Assembly: GCA_040881665.1 (NCBI GenBank)
Contig: JBBECT010000005.1
Location: 524,138 to 588,137 of the forward strand
DNA: 64,000 nucleotides
DNA from: Actinomycetota bacterium
GTDB taxonomy: Bacteria; Actinomycetota; UBA4738; HRBIN12
Direction: 5' to 3'
The translations under genes and the position numbers were made by a program. Below the pieces are notes generated by a model. The model was not told where the DNA came from. It was given only the letters and a program-made list of their open reading frames with translations, and did not search any database. Below, piece after piece: positions 38,083 to 47,846 of the stretch. Positions within the stretch are counted from its first letter, which is position 1, and each line of letters begins with the position of its first letter.

Positions 38083-38787
38083 CTACGACTCGTAGATCGC
38101 CCAGAACTTGCGCACGGGGCGGAGGCTCTTCCAGTGGCCACGACTGCCCTTGGGGGTGATCACAACGTCGCGCGGCCCGGCCAGCAGCGTCCGGCCCTCG
38201 ACCGTGGTGATCTCGATCTCCCCCTCCAGGATGACGGCGGCCTCGTCGAAGGGCCGCTCGAAGTCGCGGTCCTGCTGGTCGCGTTCCCACAACCCGCAGC
38301 TGAACGGCCCGCGCTCGAACGCGACGACCTCGCGACCGGCCTCGTAACCGTCGTCGGGCGGGATCGACGCCTCCTGCCAGCGCAGCCCTTCCTTCGGGTG
38401 GATCGTGGTGACGCGCGCGCCAGGCGAGGCCTCGCCCTGGAACACCGACCAGAACTTGAAGACGGGAGAGTGCGCATCCCAGATCGCGTCCGCGCCGTTC
38501 GGCGCGCTGAGGATGTCGCCGGCACCGAGGTGGACGGTGTCGTCGCCCTGGTGGATGTCGACCTCACCCTCGAGGATCTGCATGATCTCGTCGAACGGCG
38601 GCGCGAGGCGCCCACGCTCGGGGACGCGGCGCCAGAAGCCGCAGCTCATGTTCCCGTCGGCCGAACGGAACAGGACCGTCTCTTCGCCCGGCGGGTTCGT
38701 GTCCTCCGGCGGCGGAGGCAGCTGTTGCCAGTCGAACGCATCCGGCGCGTAGCGAACCACTTCGATGTCGACGGTCTGCTGACTCAT
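38083..38787 (-). CDS. Tandem cupin-domain protein (DUF861/cupin_3-like)
   Basis: Two repeated cupin halves (...GEVDIHQGDD... and ...GEIEITTVEG...). Start is the ATG at 38787. Confidence 0.7.
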   Translation of the reverse strand: MSQQTVDIEVVRYAPDAFDWQQLPPPPEDTNPPGEETVLFRSADGNMSCGFWRRVPERGRLAPPFDEIMQILEGEVDIHQGDDTVHLGAGDILSAPNGADAIWDAHSPVFKFWSVFQGEASPGARVTTIHPKEGLRWQEASIPPDDGYEAGREVVAFERGPFSCGLWERDQQDRDFERPFDEAAVILEGEIEITTVEGRTLLAGPRDVVITPKGSRGHWKSLRPVRKFWAIYES

Positions 38788-38845
38788 CCGGCACTCCCCT
38801 CTCTCACGGCGCTCCTCGGGGCCGGGCGGACCCGGGTCGCCCAGC

Positions 38846-39193
38846 CTACCCCCGGTCGCCGCGAGGCGCGCGGGCGAGTTCCCCGAGCAGGATCGCTCCC
38901 CCGGCCAGCGCGAGGATCGAGGAGGCGAACACGAGCCAGGTTCCGGGTCCGAAGGACACATCCCCGAGGTCGCTGGCCGCGAGGGCGACCCCGTCGCGCA
39001 GGATCAGTACCCCCCGCCAGGCGACCGTGATCGAGAGCACGATCGCGAGGACCGCCGACAGGCGTCGCCGGATGCAGCCGAGCACCAGGAGAGCCGCCGC
39101 CTGGGACAACACGAGTACTTGCACCGACGTGGACGCATCGATCCCCCGCACGTCGATGTCCGCCCCCGGCACCCGGACCCAGGTCATCGTCAT
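38846..39193 (-). CDS. Small hypothetical membrane protein (start uncertain)
   Basis: Hydrophobic helices immediately upstream of argH on the minus strand. No family. Confidence 0.4.
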   Translation of the reverse strand: MTMTWVRVPGADIDVRGIDASTSVQVLVLSQAAALLVLGCIRRRLSAVLAIVLSITVAWRGVLILRDGVALAASDLGDVSFGPGTWLVFASSILALAGGAILLGELARAPRGDRG

Positions 39194-39300
39194 CCCGGCG
39201 GCGAGCACGACGCCGGCCGTGGCGATCAACACCGGACCGCGGATCGGTCCACGTTCCCGGTACGGCCGACCTTCGTAGGGATCGGAGCGGGTTCCCCGAC

Positions 39301-40746
39301 TCACGAGCGTCGTTGTGCGAGCTCGCGCTCGATCTCGGCGATCTGCGCTCGGACCTGGTCCGGAGAGGGACCGCCGGGGGTCGTTCGTGCACGCACCGAT
39401 CGGTCGGGGTCCAGCATCGCGGCGCCTTCGGGAACGCCGAACGCCTTCCATCCCTCGACGGAGAGGTCGCGCAGCGTCCGTCCCTCCTCGGCGAGCCGGC
39501 GCAGCAGCTCCCCGGTCCGACGGTGGGCCTCCCGGAACGCGACCCCGCCGGCGACGAGCGCCTCAGCGAGGTCGGTCGCGTACAGTCCGGCGGGCTCGCA
39601 GGCCGCGCGCATCGTCTCGGGGTGGAAGCGCACCGACCCGATCGCGCCGACGAGAGCCGGGAGCGACAGCTCGAGGGTGTCCGCGGCGTCGAACGCGGGT
39701 TCCTTGTCCTCCTGGAGATCGCGGTGGTAGCCGAGCGGCAGACCCTGGAGGAGAGCGGCGAGCGCGGTGAAGTCCCCGGCGATCCGGGCCGCCTTGCCGC
39801 GGACGAGCTCGGCCGTATCGGGGTTCCGTTTCTGGGGCATCATGCTCGACCCCGTCGAGTACGCCTCGTCGAGCTCGGCCCAGGCCAGGCTCTCGTCGGT
39901 CCAGCGGGCCAGGTCCGCCGCGATGCGGGACAGGTGCATGCCACAGATCGCCGCCGACGCGAGGAACTCCATCACGAAGTCGCGATCGCTCACCGCGTCG
40001 AGAGAGTTCCCGAACGCGCGCGCGAGCCCAAGCCGTTCCGCGGTCGCCGCCGGATCCAGCCCGAGGGTCGAGGTCGCGAGGGCTCCGGCGCCGAGAGGCG
40101 AGACGGCAGTACGACGCGCCCAGCCGTCGAACCGATCCAGGTCGCGGAGCAACGCCCACGCGTGCGCGAGCAGATGGTGGCCGAGCGTGACCGGCTGTGC
40201 CAGCCGCGCATGCGTGGTTCCGGGAACGACCGTCTCGGTGTGCTCCCGCGCCCGGTCGAGAAGGACGCGGATCAACATCGTCGTGAGGCCGCCGATGCGG
40301 TTCCGCGCGGCGAGCAGCCACAGACGCAGGTCGGTTACGACGAGGTCGTTGCGCGAGCGCCCGGCGTGCAGACGCGCGCCGAGGTCCCCCAGCCGATCGG
40401 TCACCCCGCGCTCCACGACCGAATGCACGTCCTCGTCCGCGGGCTCGGGCGTCAACGACCCGTCCGCGATCGCGGCGCCGACCTCGCGGAGCGCGTGTTC
40501 GAGGCGCGTCGCGTCGTCGGCCGTCAACAGACCGGCGGCCTCGAGGGCCCGGACGTGGGCGACGGAGGCCTCGACGTCCTGCGGTGCGAGCCGAACGTCG
40601 TAGCCGATGCTCACCCCGAGCGCATGCGCCTCGGGCGCCGGTGGCGTGGCGAACCGGCCGGACCACAGCGCGGCTCCGCGGGCGGGGTCCGCGCGATCGA
40701 CCGGCGGATCCGGGTGCGTCCCGGCCGTCGACGGTGTCTCGCCCAT
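39301..40746 (-). CDS. argH: Argininosuccinate lyase
   Basis: Fumarate-lyase signature GSSMMPQKRNP and an ArgH-specific N-terminus (LWSGRF). The listed 767-aa ORF fuses an extension through argG in another frame; the ATG at 40746 or a nearby GTG is the real start. Confidence 0.9.
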   Translation of the reverse strand: MGETPSTAGTHPDPPVDRADPARGAALWSGRFATPPAPEAHALGVSIGYDVRLAPQDVEASVAHVRALEAAGLLTADDATRLEHALREVGAAIADGSLTPEPADEDVHSVVERGVTDRLGDLGARLHAGRSRNDLVVTDLRLWLLAARNRIGGLTTMLIRVLLDRAREHTETVVPGTTHARLAQPVTLGHHLLAHAWALLRDLDRFDGWARRTAVSPLGAGALATSTLGLDPAATAERLGLARAFGNSLDAVSDRDFVMEFLASAAICGMHLSRIAADLARWTDESLAWAELDEAYSTGSSMMPQKRNPDTAELVRGKAARIAGDFTALAALLQGLPLGYHRDLQEDKEPAFDAADTLELSLPALVGAIGSVRFHPETMRAACEPAGLYATDLAEALVAGGVAFREAHRRTGELLRRLAEEGRTLRDLSVEGWKAFGVPEGAAMLDPDRSVRARTTPGGPSPDQVRAQIAEIERELAQRRS

Positions 40747-40757
40747 GACGGGCGAGC

Positions 40758-41954
40758 CTAGTCGAGCCCCTGGCGGGCCGACCAGGTCTTCGTCGACAGA
40801 CCCCACAGGCGCACGAAGCCCTCGGCGTGCGCGTGGTCGAACTGGTCCTCGGGTCCGTAGGTCGCCAGCTCCATGTCGTACAGCGCGTGGGGCGAACGCC
40901 GCCCGACCACGACGCACGAGCCGGCCGTGAACCGCAACCGGATCTCGCCACCGACGTGACGCTGGGTCTGCTCGACGAACGCATCGATGCTCCGGCGCAG
41001 CGGCGAGAACCACAGGCCGTCGTAGACCAGATCCGCCCAGCGCTGCTCGAGCAGCGGTTTGAAGTGGCCGACCTCGCGCTCGAGCGTCAGGTCCTCCAGG
41101 GCCTGGTGCGCGAGGATCAGCGCGAGCGCGCCGGGCACCTCGTACAGCTCGCGGCTCTTGATGCCCACGCGCCGGTTCTCGATCATGTCGACGCGGCCGA
41201 AGCCGTACCGCCCGCCGACCGCGTCGGTCCGGCGGATCACCTCGGCGAGGGAGGCCTCCTCCCCGTCGTAGGACATCGGGAGGCCGCGCTCGAACCCGAC
41301 CACGATCTCGGTCGGCTCGGTGGGCCTGGATCCGGGTGCGGCGGTGCGCGCGAAGACGTCCTCGGGCGGCGCGACCCAAGGATCCTCGAGCGGACCGCAC
41401 TCGGCGGTGCGGCCCCACAGGTTCTCGTCGATCGAATAGGCCGTGGCGACCTTCGAGATCGGGATCCCCATCTCCTCCGCGTACGCGATCGCCTTCTCGC
41501 GGGGGATCACCGACTCGCGGATCGGTGCGACGACCTGCAGGTCCGGCGCGAGCACCCCGAAGGCCGTCTCGAACCGAACCTGGTCGTTTCCCTTCCCGGT
41601 GCACCCGTGCGCCACGGCGTCGGCTCCGACGTCTCTCGCGACCTTCACGACCTCCTCGGCGATCAACGGCCGTGCGAGACCGGAGACCATCGGGTACTTC
41701 TGCTCGTAGAGCCCGTTCGCCGCGATCGCGGGCGCCAGGTAGTCGTCAGCGAACCGGTCGACGGCACGGACGACGCGAACCTGCGCGGCCCCGGCCCTCT
41801 CGCCGCGCTCCACGATCCGGTCGAAGTCCTCCTGCTGGCCGATGTCGATCGCGACCGGGAAGATCTCCGCTCCCTGATCCTGCATCCACTTGATCGCGAT
41901 CGAGGTGTCCAATCCGCCGCTGTAGGCGAGCACTACGCGCTTCATCGGTGTCAT
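40758..41954 (-). CDS. argG: Argininosuccinate synthase
   Basis: PP-loop AYSGGLDTS and full-length ArgG similarity. Confidence 0.9.
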   Translation of the reverse strand: MTPMKRVVLAYSGGLDTSIAIKWMQDQGAEIFPVAIDIGQQEDFDRIVERGERAGAAQVRVVRAVDRFADDYLAPAIAANGLYEQKYPMVSGLARPLIAEEVVKVARDVGADAVAHGCTGKGNDQVRFETAFGVLAPDLQVVAPIRESVIPREKAIAYAEEMGIPISKVATAYSIDENLWGRTAECGPLEDPWVAPPEDVFARTAAPGSRPTEPTEIVVGFERGLPMSYDGEEASLAEVIRRTDAVGGRYGFGRVDMIENRRVGIKSRELYEVPGALALILAHQALEDLTLEREVGHFKPLLEQRWADLVYDGLWFSPLRRSIDAFVEQTQRHVGGEIRLRFTAGSCVVVGRRSPHALYDMELATYGPEDQFDHAHAEGFVRLWGLSTKTWSARQGLD

Positions 41955-42481
41955 GCCTCCATGATCTGGGTCAGCGCCCGTTCGAGGTCCCGGGCCTTCA
42001 CACCCTCGCGGGCGACGAGCAGGATCGTGTTGTCGCCGGCGACGGTGCCGGCCACATCGGCGAGCCCGACGCGATCCAACCCTTCGGCGAGGGCGTTGGC
42101 CGCGCCGGGCGGGGTTCGGATCACGAGCAGGTTGTCGGCCGGCGTGAACGACAGGGCGAACTCGTCAAGCAGGTGCCGCAGCAACCGGATCGGCCCCGGC
42201 GCATCGCTCTCGCCCGGCACCACGTACCGCACCCCGTCGGAATCGTGGACACGAGCGAGCCCCAGCTCCTCGATGTCTCGGGAGATCGTCGACTGCGTCG
42301 CCTCCAGTCCGAGGGAACGCAGGCGCGCGCGGATCTCCTCTTGGCTCGAGAGGCGCTCACGGCCGACGAGGGACAGGATCGCGTGCTGACGCTTCGTCTT
42401 CAGTGCGGCGCTCGACCGACCGCGCCCGTTCGCCTTCGCGTCGGTCCGGCGTCCATCGGCGGCGCGAGGGCGCGCGCTCAT
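41951..42481 (-). CDS. argR: Arginine repressor
   Basis: Winged-helix N-terminus (RQHAILSLV...SQEEI...LGLEATQSTISRDIEELG) and a C-terminal oligomerisation/arginine-binding domain. 4-bp overlap with argG. Confidence 0.9.
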   Translation of the reverse strand: MSARPRAADGRRTDAKANGRGRSSAALKTKRQHAILSLVGRERLSSQEEIRARLRSLGLEATQSTISRDIEELGLARVHDSDGVRYVVPGESDAPGPIRLLRHLLDEFALSFTPADNLLVIRTPPGAANALAEGLDRVGLADVAGTVAGDNTILLVAREGVKARDLERALTQIMEA

Positions 42482-43671
42482 GCCGGGCTCCCGACCACGG
42501 CGGCACCGACCTCCTCGAGCGCCCCCTCGAACGCCGTGACCGCTCGCTCCAGGTGCTCGCCCTGCACGATCAGGGGCGGCGACATCCGAACGACATCGGG
42601 ACCGGCCTCGGTCACGAGCACGCCCCTGGCGAGCATCGCGAGCGCGACGTCGTGGGCTACGGGCCGGTGCAGGACCAGACCCACGAGCAACCCGCGTCCG
42701 CGCACCTGCGCGAGCAACGATCCACCGACCGACGCCTCGAGCCGAGCGCGCAGATCGGTTCCCTGCGAGCGCGCGTTCTCCAGCAGGCCGTCGTCGCGGA
42801 TCGTCTCGATCACCGCGACCCCTGCGGCACAGGGAACCGGTCCGGCCCCGAAGGTCGAGGCGTGGTCTCCGGGAGCGAACGCGATGTCGGCGCGCGCGAC
42901 GCAGGCGCCGATCGGGAGCCCGCCTCCGAGCCCCTTCGCGAGCGAGACGACATCGGGCACGACCCCGGACCGCGATGCGGCCAGCCAGTCGCCACAGCGC
43001 CCGATGCCCGACTGCACCTCATCGGCCACGAGGAGCGCGCCGCGCTCCGAGCACAGGTCGCGCACCACGCGGAGGTAGTCGTCGTCGAGCGGGATCACGC
43101 CGCCCTCGCCCATGACCGGTTCGAGCAGGACGGCCGCGACGTCGCCGCCCAGCGCCCCATCGAGGGCTGCGAGATCGTTCGGTGGTACGTGCACGAACCA
43201 ATCGACCAATGGCTCGAACGCGGCGCGCTTCGCGGGCTGGCCGGTCGCCGCGAGCGTCGCGACGGATCGGCCGTGGAACGCGCCCTCGAGGGCCACGATC
43301 TTCGCACGACCCCGCGCGAGGCCGTGCTTGCGCACGAGCTTCAGGGACGCCTCGTTCGCCTCCGCACCGGAGTTGCAGAAGAACACCTGCGCGTCGGGGA
43401 TCGGCAGGACGCCCGAGAGGAGGTCCGCCAGCTCCGCCTGCGGCTCGGTCGCGTACAGGTTGCTCACCATCGTCAACCGGTCGATCTGATCGTGCACCGC
43501 GCGGCGCCAGCGCGGATGCCCGTGTCCGAGCGAAACTGCGCCGAGCGCGCCGGCGAAGTCGACGTAGGCCCGGCCGTGGTCGTCCCATACCTGCATTCCC
43601 TCGCCCCGCGTGAGCGTGAGCGGGTACCGGGCGTAGGTCGGCATCACGGAGGCCTCGCCGAGCAGCGTCAT
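42478..43671 (-). CDS. argD: Acetylornithine aminotransferase
   Basis: Class III PLP aminotransferase (CNSGAEANEA, DEVQSGIGRCG, SLAKGLGGG). ATGA overlap with the argB stop. Confidence 0.9.
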   Translation of the reverse strand: MTLLGEASVMPTYARYPLTLTRGEGMQVWDDHGRAYVDFAGALGAVSLGHGHPRWRRAVHDQIDRLTMVSNLYATEPQAELADLLSGVLPIPDAQVFFCNSGAEANEASLKLVRKHGLARGRAKIVALEGAFHGRSVATLAATGQPAKRAAFEPLVDWFVHVPPNDLAALDGALGGDVAAVLLEPVMGEGGVIPLDDDYLRVVRDLCSERGALLVADEVQSGIGRCGDWLAASRSGVVPDVVSLAKGLGGGLPIGACVARADIAFAPGDHASTFGAGPVPCAAGVAVIETIRDDGLLENARSQGTDLRARLEASVGGSLLAQVRGRGLLVGLVLHRPVAHDVALAMLARGVLVTEAGPDVVRMSPPLIVQGEHLERAVTAFEGALEEVGAAVVGSPA

Positions 43672-44567
43672 CCCGATCCCTCCCGGGTCCCTGCGTCGGG
43701 GGTGATCATCGTGCCGACCCCCTCGGGCGTGAACAGTTCGAGCACGAGCGAATGCTCGACGCGGCCGTCGACCAGATGCACGCGGCGGACACCGGCCTTC
43801 ACGGTGCGCACCGCACTCTCGAGCTTGGGGATCATCCCGCCGGCGATCACCCCGTCGGCCGCGAGCAGGTCGAGGCACTCCTGCGAACCGAGCTCGGAGA
43901 GCAGGTCGCCCTTCGGACCGATGATCCCCGGCACGTCGACCACGAACACGAGCTTCTCCGCGCCCAGCGCGACCGCGAGCTCGGCGGCGGCGACGTCCGC
44001 GTTGACGTTGAAGACCTGTCCGGCCTCGTCAGAGGCGATCGATGCGATCACCGGCACGAACTCGGCATCCAGGAGCGTGCCGGCGACCCGGCCGTGCACC
44101 TGCACGATCTCGCCCACGAACCCGAGATCGGGCGCCGTCTGCCGCCGCGCCTGCAACAGGCCTCCGTCCACGCCCGACAGTCCGACGGCGGGAACGCCGC
44201 CCGATCGCAACCCGGAAACCACGTCGGTGTTGAGCTTGCCGGCCAGCACCATCGTCGCGACGTCGAGCGTCGCCGCGTCGGTCACGCGTAGTCCGTCGAC
44301 GAAGGTCGTCTCGATCCCGAGCTGCGAGGACACCTCGGTCACCTGCGGACCGCCTCCGTGCACGATCACGGGACGGATCCCCGAGTGCAGCAACAGCGCC
44401 ACATCCTCCGCGAAGGGACGCACGAGCGGGGACCGGTCCATCGCGGCCCCGCCGTACTTGATCACGACCACCTTGCCTCGGTGATCCTGCATGAAGGGGA
44501 GCGCTTCGATCAGCGTTCGCGCCTTGGAGATCGTCCGCTCGCGGATCTGGGGTGGAAGGTCCTTCAC
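43668..44567 (-). CDS. argB: Acetylglutamate kinase
   Basis: Amino-acid kinase fold (VVIKYGG, VHGGGPQ). Confidence 0.9.
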   Translation of the reverse strand: MKDLPPQIRERTISKARTLIEALPFMQDHRGKVVVIKYGGAAMDRSPLVRPFAEDVALLLHSGIRPVIVHGGGPQVTEVSSQLGIETTFVDGLRVTDAATLDVATMVLAGKLNTDVVSGLRSGGVPAVGLSGVDGGLLQARRQTAPDLGFVGEIVQVHGRVAGTLLDAEFVPVIASIASDEAGQVFNVNADVAAAELAVALGAEKLVFVVDVPGIIGPKGDLLSELGSQECLDLLAADGVIAGGMIPKLESAVRTVKAGVRRVHLVDGRVEHSLVLELFTPEGVGTMITPDAGTREGSG

Positions 44568-44577
44568 CGGTGCTCCT

Positions 44578-45768
44578 CTAGGTCGTGTACTCGCCGTTGA
44601 TCCGGACGTAGTCGTAGGACAGGTCGCAGCCGAAGGTTCTGCTCGTACCCGCGCCCTCTCCGAGCCGGATCCGGTAGCGGATCTCGGGCTCTTTCATCGC
44701 GGCGCGCGCGGCCTCGTCCCCCGACGGGTCGAAGTAGGCCGGTGGGATCACGCCCTCGCGCACGACCGGCACCTCACCGATCGCGATGTCGACCCGCCCG
44801 GGGTCGATCGCAACACCCGAGGCACCGACCGCTTGCAGGATCCGTCCGGGGTTGGGGTCGCCCCCGAACGCGGCGGTCTTGACGAGCGGCGAGTCCGCCA
44901 CCGCCCTCGCCACCAGGCGTGCATCGCCGGTCGACGCCGCTCCGGAGACCTCCACGAGCAGGACGTGGGTCCCGCCCTCGGCGTCCGCGGCGAGCTGGTC
45001 GACGAGCGAGAGGGCCACCTCCTCGAGGGTCCGCGTGAGACCGGCCCATGCCGCCGTTCCCGGCGTCACGGCGGCTCCCCGCGCGGCACCCGAGGCGATC
45101 AGCAACACGGTGTCGTTCGTACTCGGGCTCGCATCGACGGTCAGCGATTCGAACACGGGCTCGAGCACCTCGGTCGTGAGCTCATGCACGGCGGCGGGTG
45201 GCACCGGCGCGTCGGTCGTGACGAACGCGAGCATCGTCGCGAGGCTCGGCGCGATCATGCCGACGCCCTTGGCAGCGCCGCCCACGCGATGGGATCCCGA
45301 TGCTCCCTGCGCCTGCTTCGGAACGGTGTCGGTGGTCATGATCGCGGCGGCGAAATCCGGCCCTCCACGCCGCGAGAGCGCGCCCACGGCCGCGGGAACG
45401 CCCGCGAGGAGCGCGTCCATGTGCAGCGGCTCGCCGATCACACCGGTCGAACACCCCAACACGCGGTCGGGGTCGAGATGCATCCCCGAGGCGACGGCAT
45501 CGGCGAGCCGCTCGGCGTCGCGCAGTCCCGCGGCGCCGGTCGCCGCGTTCGCCTGCCCGGAGTTCACGACGACGGCCTGCGCGGAGCCGTTCGCGAGGCG
45601 CCGCGCACACAGCTCCACCGGGGCCGCGCGGAACGCGTTCGTCGTGAACACGGCGGCCGCCGAGCACGGAGCATCGGCGACGAGCAGCCCGAGATCGGGA
45701 GCGCCCGAGGGCTTCACACCCGCGGTCACCCCCGCCGCGCGGAACCCGGCCGGGAACGTCACGCTCAC
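44578..45768 (-). CDS. argJ: Bifunctional glutamate N-acetyltransferase / amino-acid acetyltransferase ArgJ
   Basis: ArgJ signature around the autocatalytic ATML site (SLATMLAFVTTDA). GTG start at 45768 overlaps the argC stop (GTGA). Confidence 0.9.
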   Translation of the reverse strand: MSVTFPAGFRAAGVTAGVKPSGAPDLGLLVADAPCSAAAVFTTNAFRAAPVELCARRLANGSAQAVVVNSGQANAATGAAGLRDAERLADAVASGMHLDPDRVLGCSTGVIGEPLHMDALLAGVPAAVGALSRRGGPDFAAAIMTTDTVPKQAQGASGSHRVGGAAKGVGMIAPSLATMLAFVTTDAPVPPAAVHELTTEVLEPVFESLTVDASPSTNDTVLLIASGAARGAAVTPGTAAWAGLTRTLEEVALSLVDQLAADAEGGTHVLLVEVSGAASTGDARLVARAVADSPLVKTAAFGGDPNPGRILQAVGASGVAIDPGRVDIAIGEVPVVREGVIPPAYFDPSGDEAARAAMKEPEIRYRIRLGEGAGTSRTFGCDLSYDYVRINGEYTT

Positions 45769-46826
45769 GGGTACACCCCGAGCGTCGGGAGTCCCGCGGT
45801 CTCGTCGATCCCCGCGAGGAGGTTCATGTTCTGGATCGCCTGTCCGGCGGCGCCCTTCACGAGGTTGTCCTCGGTCGCGACGACGATCGCGGCACCGGTC
45901 CGCGGATCGGCGACGGCCTGGATCTCCACCACGTTCGTCCCCCGCACCCGCTTCGAATCCACCATCTGCCCCGCGGGGAGCACGCGCACGAACGGCTCGG
46001 AGGCGTAGGCGTCCATCAGCACCTGGCCGAGCGACTCGGTGGTCGCGTCGACCCGCATGCGGGCGTAGCTCGTCGTGAGAACGCCTCGGACCGTCGGCAC
46101 GAGGTGCGGCACGAACAGCACGGAGGGCAACTGCCCGGTCGCGAGCGCGAGCGAGCGCTCCATCTCCGGAGTGTGCTGGTGGCGGGGGAACTTGTAGGGC
46201 CGGATGCTCTCCTCGGTGGAGGTGAACAGCTTCGACTCGTCGGCCGCGCGTCCCGCCCCCGACAGCCCGGTCTTCCCGTCGACGAGGATCCCTTCCGCGT
46301 CGATCAGGCCGGCCTCCAGCAGGGGCGCGAGCCCGATCGCAACCCCCGTGGGGTAGCAGCCGGGGTTGGCGACGAGCTGGGCCCCTTCGATCTCGGCACG
46401 GAACAGCTCGGGCAGACCGTAGACGGCCTTCTCCAGCCACTCGGGCGCCGGGTGTTCCCACCCGTACCACTCGGGGTAGGCCGCGGCGTCGAGCCGGAAG
46501 TCGCCGGCCAGGTCGACCACACGCAGGCCCGCATCGAGCAGCGCGGGGGCGATCTCAGCGCTCGTGCCGTGCGGCAATCCGAGCAACGCGACGTCGGCGC
46601 GCTCGACAATCGCGGCGGGCTCGATCCGCTCGAGGATCACCTCACCGAGCGACGCGAGGTGTGGCTGTACCTGCGCCAGCGACTTTCCCGCGGCGCTGTG
46701 CGCGCCGAGGTAGGTCAGTTCCGCCGACGGATGGTCGGCGAGCAGCCGGACGAGCTCGCCCCCCGTGTACCCGGAGGCGCCGAGGACCGCGACACGCAGC
46801 GTGTATGGATCGGCCATGAGATGCAT
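45765..46826 (-). CDS. argC: N-acetyl-gamma-glutamyl-phosphate reductase
   Basis: NAD(P)-binding GASGYTGGEL and the catalytic Cys region (NPGCYPT). Confidence 0.9.
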   Translation of the reverse strand: MHLMADPYTLRVAVLGASGYTGGELVRLLADHPSAELTYLGAHSAAGKSLAQVQPHLASLGEVILERIEPAAIVERADVALLGLPHGTSAEIAPALLDAGLRVVDLAGDFRLDAAAYPEWYGWEHPAPEWLEKAVYGLPELFRAEIEGAQLVANPGCYPTGVAIGLAPLLEAGLIDAEGILVDGKTGLSGAGRAADESKLFTSTEESIRPYKFPRHQHTPEMERSLALATGQLPSVLFVPHLVPTVRGVLTTSYARMRVDATTESLGQVLMDAYASEPFVRVLPAGQMVDSKRVRGTNVVEIQAVADPRTGAAIVVATEDNLVKGAAGQAIQNMNLLAGIDETAGLPTLGVYP

Positions 46827-46903
46827 AACTATGCACGGAGGGGCAGCGCAGCGTCAACCGGACGCTGCCGGTGATCGAGGAAGAGCGGCTGCGAGCAGGC
46901 GGC

Positions 46904-47800
46904 TCAGGCGGCCCAGGCGTGACAGTCCAGGAACGGCTCGGCCTTCAGCGCGTAGGCCTTCCTCAGCCAGTTGTAGCCGGAGGCGTTCGCCTTCGGACAG
47001 AACTTCGCCGGGACCAGCTCGTACTCGACCCCGAGCACGGCCTTGTCCGCGTCGACGAACAGGTCGTAGTTCCCGCACTCACGGTACTGGTAGCACTGCT
47101 CGTTCAGCGCCATGTCGAAGTAGTCGAGCATCTTCGGGATCTGCTTGATGTCGTTCTTCAGCACGGCGGCGAGCTCGCGGCGATGAGCCTCGTTCGCGAG
47201 CATCACGTTGTAACGGAGCTGGTCGGCTCCGGTGAGGGGGAACCCCGTTGGGTTCGTGTACGAGTCGACGTTGTCGAACTCGACCGCGTCGAACCCCTTG
47301 GTGGCACAACGATCCAAGCGGTCCTGCATGATCGGCTTGAGCACCTTGATCCGTCGGATGTCGAGCCATCGCTCCCCCGGCCAGCCGTCGAGCGGCTTGC
47401 CGAGCACGCGCTTGGGGAACCTGCCCTTGTCGGGCCGGAAGTTCTCGTAGGCCCCGGCGCTGATGTAGCAGATCGCCGCGGCTCCGCCGTCGTGGATCTG
47501 CGCCACCTGCTCCGCCGAGGTCTCGAACATGTCGACGTCGAACAGCTCGACGCCGTGGTCGTCGATGAACTCGTCGATCTCCAGCTCGCCCTGGAGCTGC
47601 CACTGCCAACGCACCTCGAGGTCATCCGGCGCGTAGCAGCCGGGACACGGGACCGGTGCCGGCAGATCGACCCCGCGGGCGAGACCGCCGACGGCGATGG
47701 GCTCGGAGCGATGCGCCCCCGCCGCGCCGGAGACGGAGGCGGACGCGGGAACCACCAAGCATGCGGAGGCCAGCGCGAGGACGAGCGAGAGACGTCGCAA
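46904..47800 (-). CDS. Secreted GH114-family endo-alpha-1,4-polygalactosaminidase-like TIM-barrel glycosidase
   Basis: Signal peptide plus the GH114 core (ICYISAGAYENFRPD..., VEFDNVDSY). Confidence 0.8.
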   Translation of the reverse strand: MRRLSLVLALASACLVVPASASVSGAAGAHRSEPIAVGGLARGVDLPAPVPCPGCYAPDDLEVRWQWQLQGELEIDEFIDDHGVELFDVDMFETSAEQVAQIHDGGAAAICYISAGAYENFRPDKGRFPKRVLGKPLDGWPGERWLDIRRIKVLKPIMQDRLDRCATKGFDAVEFDNVDSYTNPTGFPLTGADQLRYNVMLANEAHRRELAAVLKNDIKQIPKMLDYFDMALNEQCYQYRECGNYDLFVDADKAVLGVEYELVPAKFCPKANASGYNWLRKAYALKAEPFLDCHAWAA

Positions 47801-47846
47801 TCGGGTTGAGGTATCGGCATCCGGGCGCGAGCCACTGAAGCGCAGG

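Noticed and set aside
40747-41604. 767-aa ORF 39301..41604 suggesting a giant ArgH
   Set aside because: The upstream 286 codons are a frame that runs through argG. The ArgH homology begins at the ATG at 40746, right after the argG stop. Similar spurious 5' extensions were trimmed for 6780..8402, 33071..35275, 44578..46470, 57252..59225 and 29094..29621.
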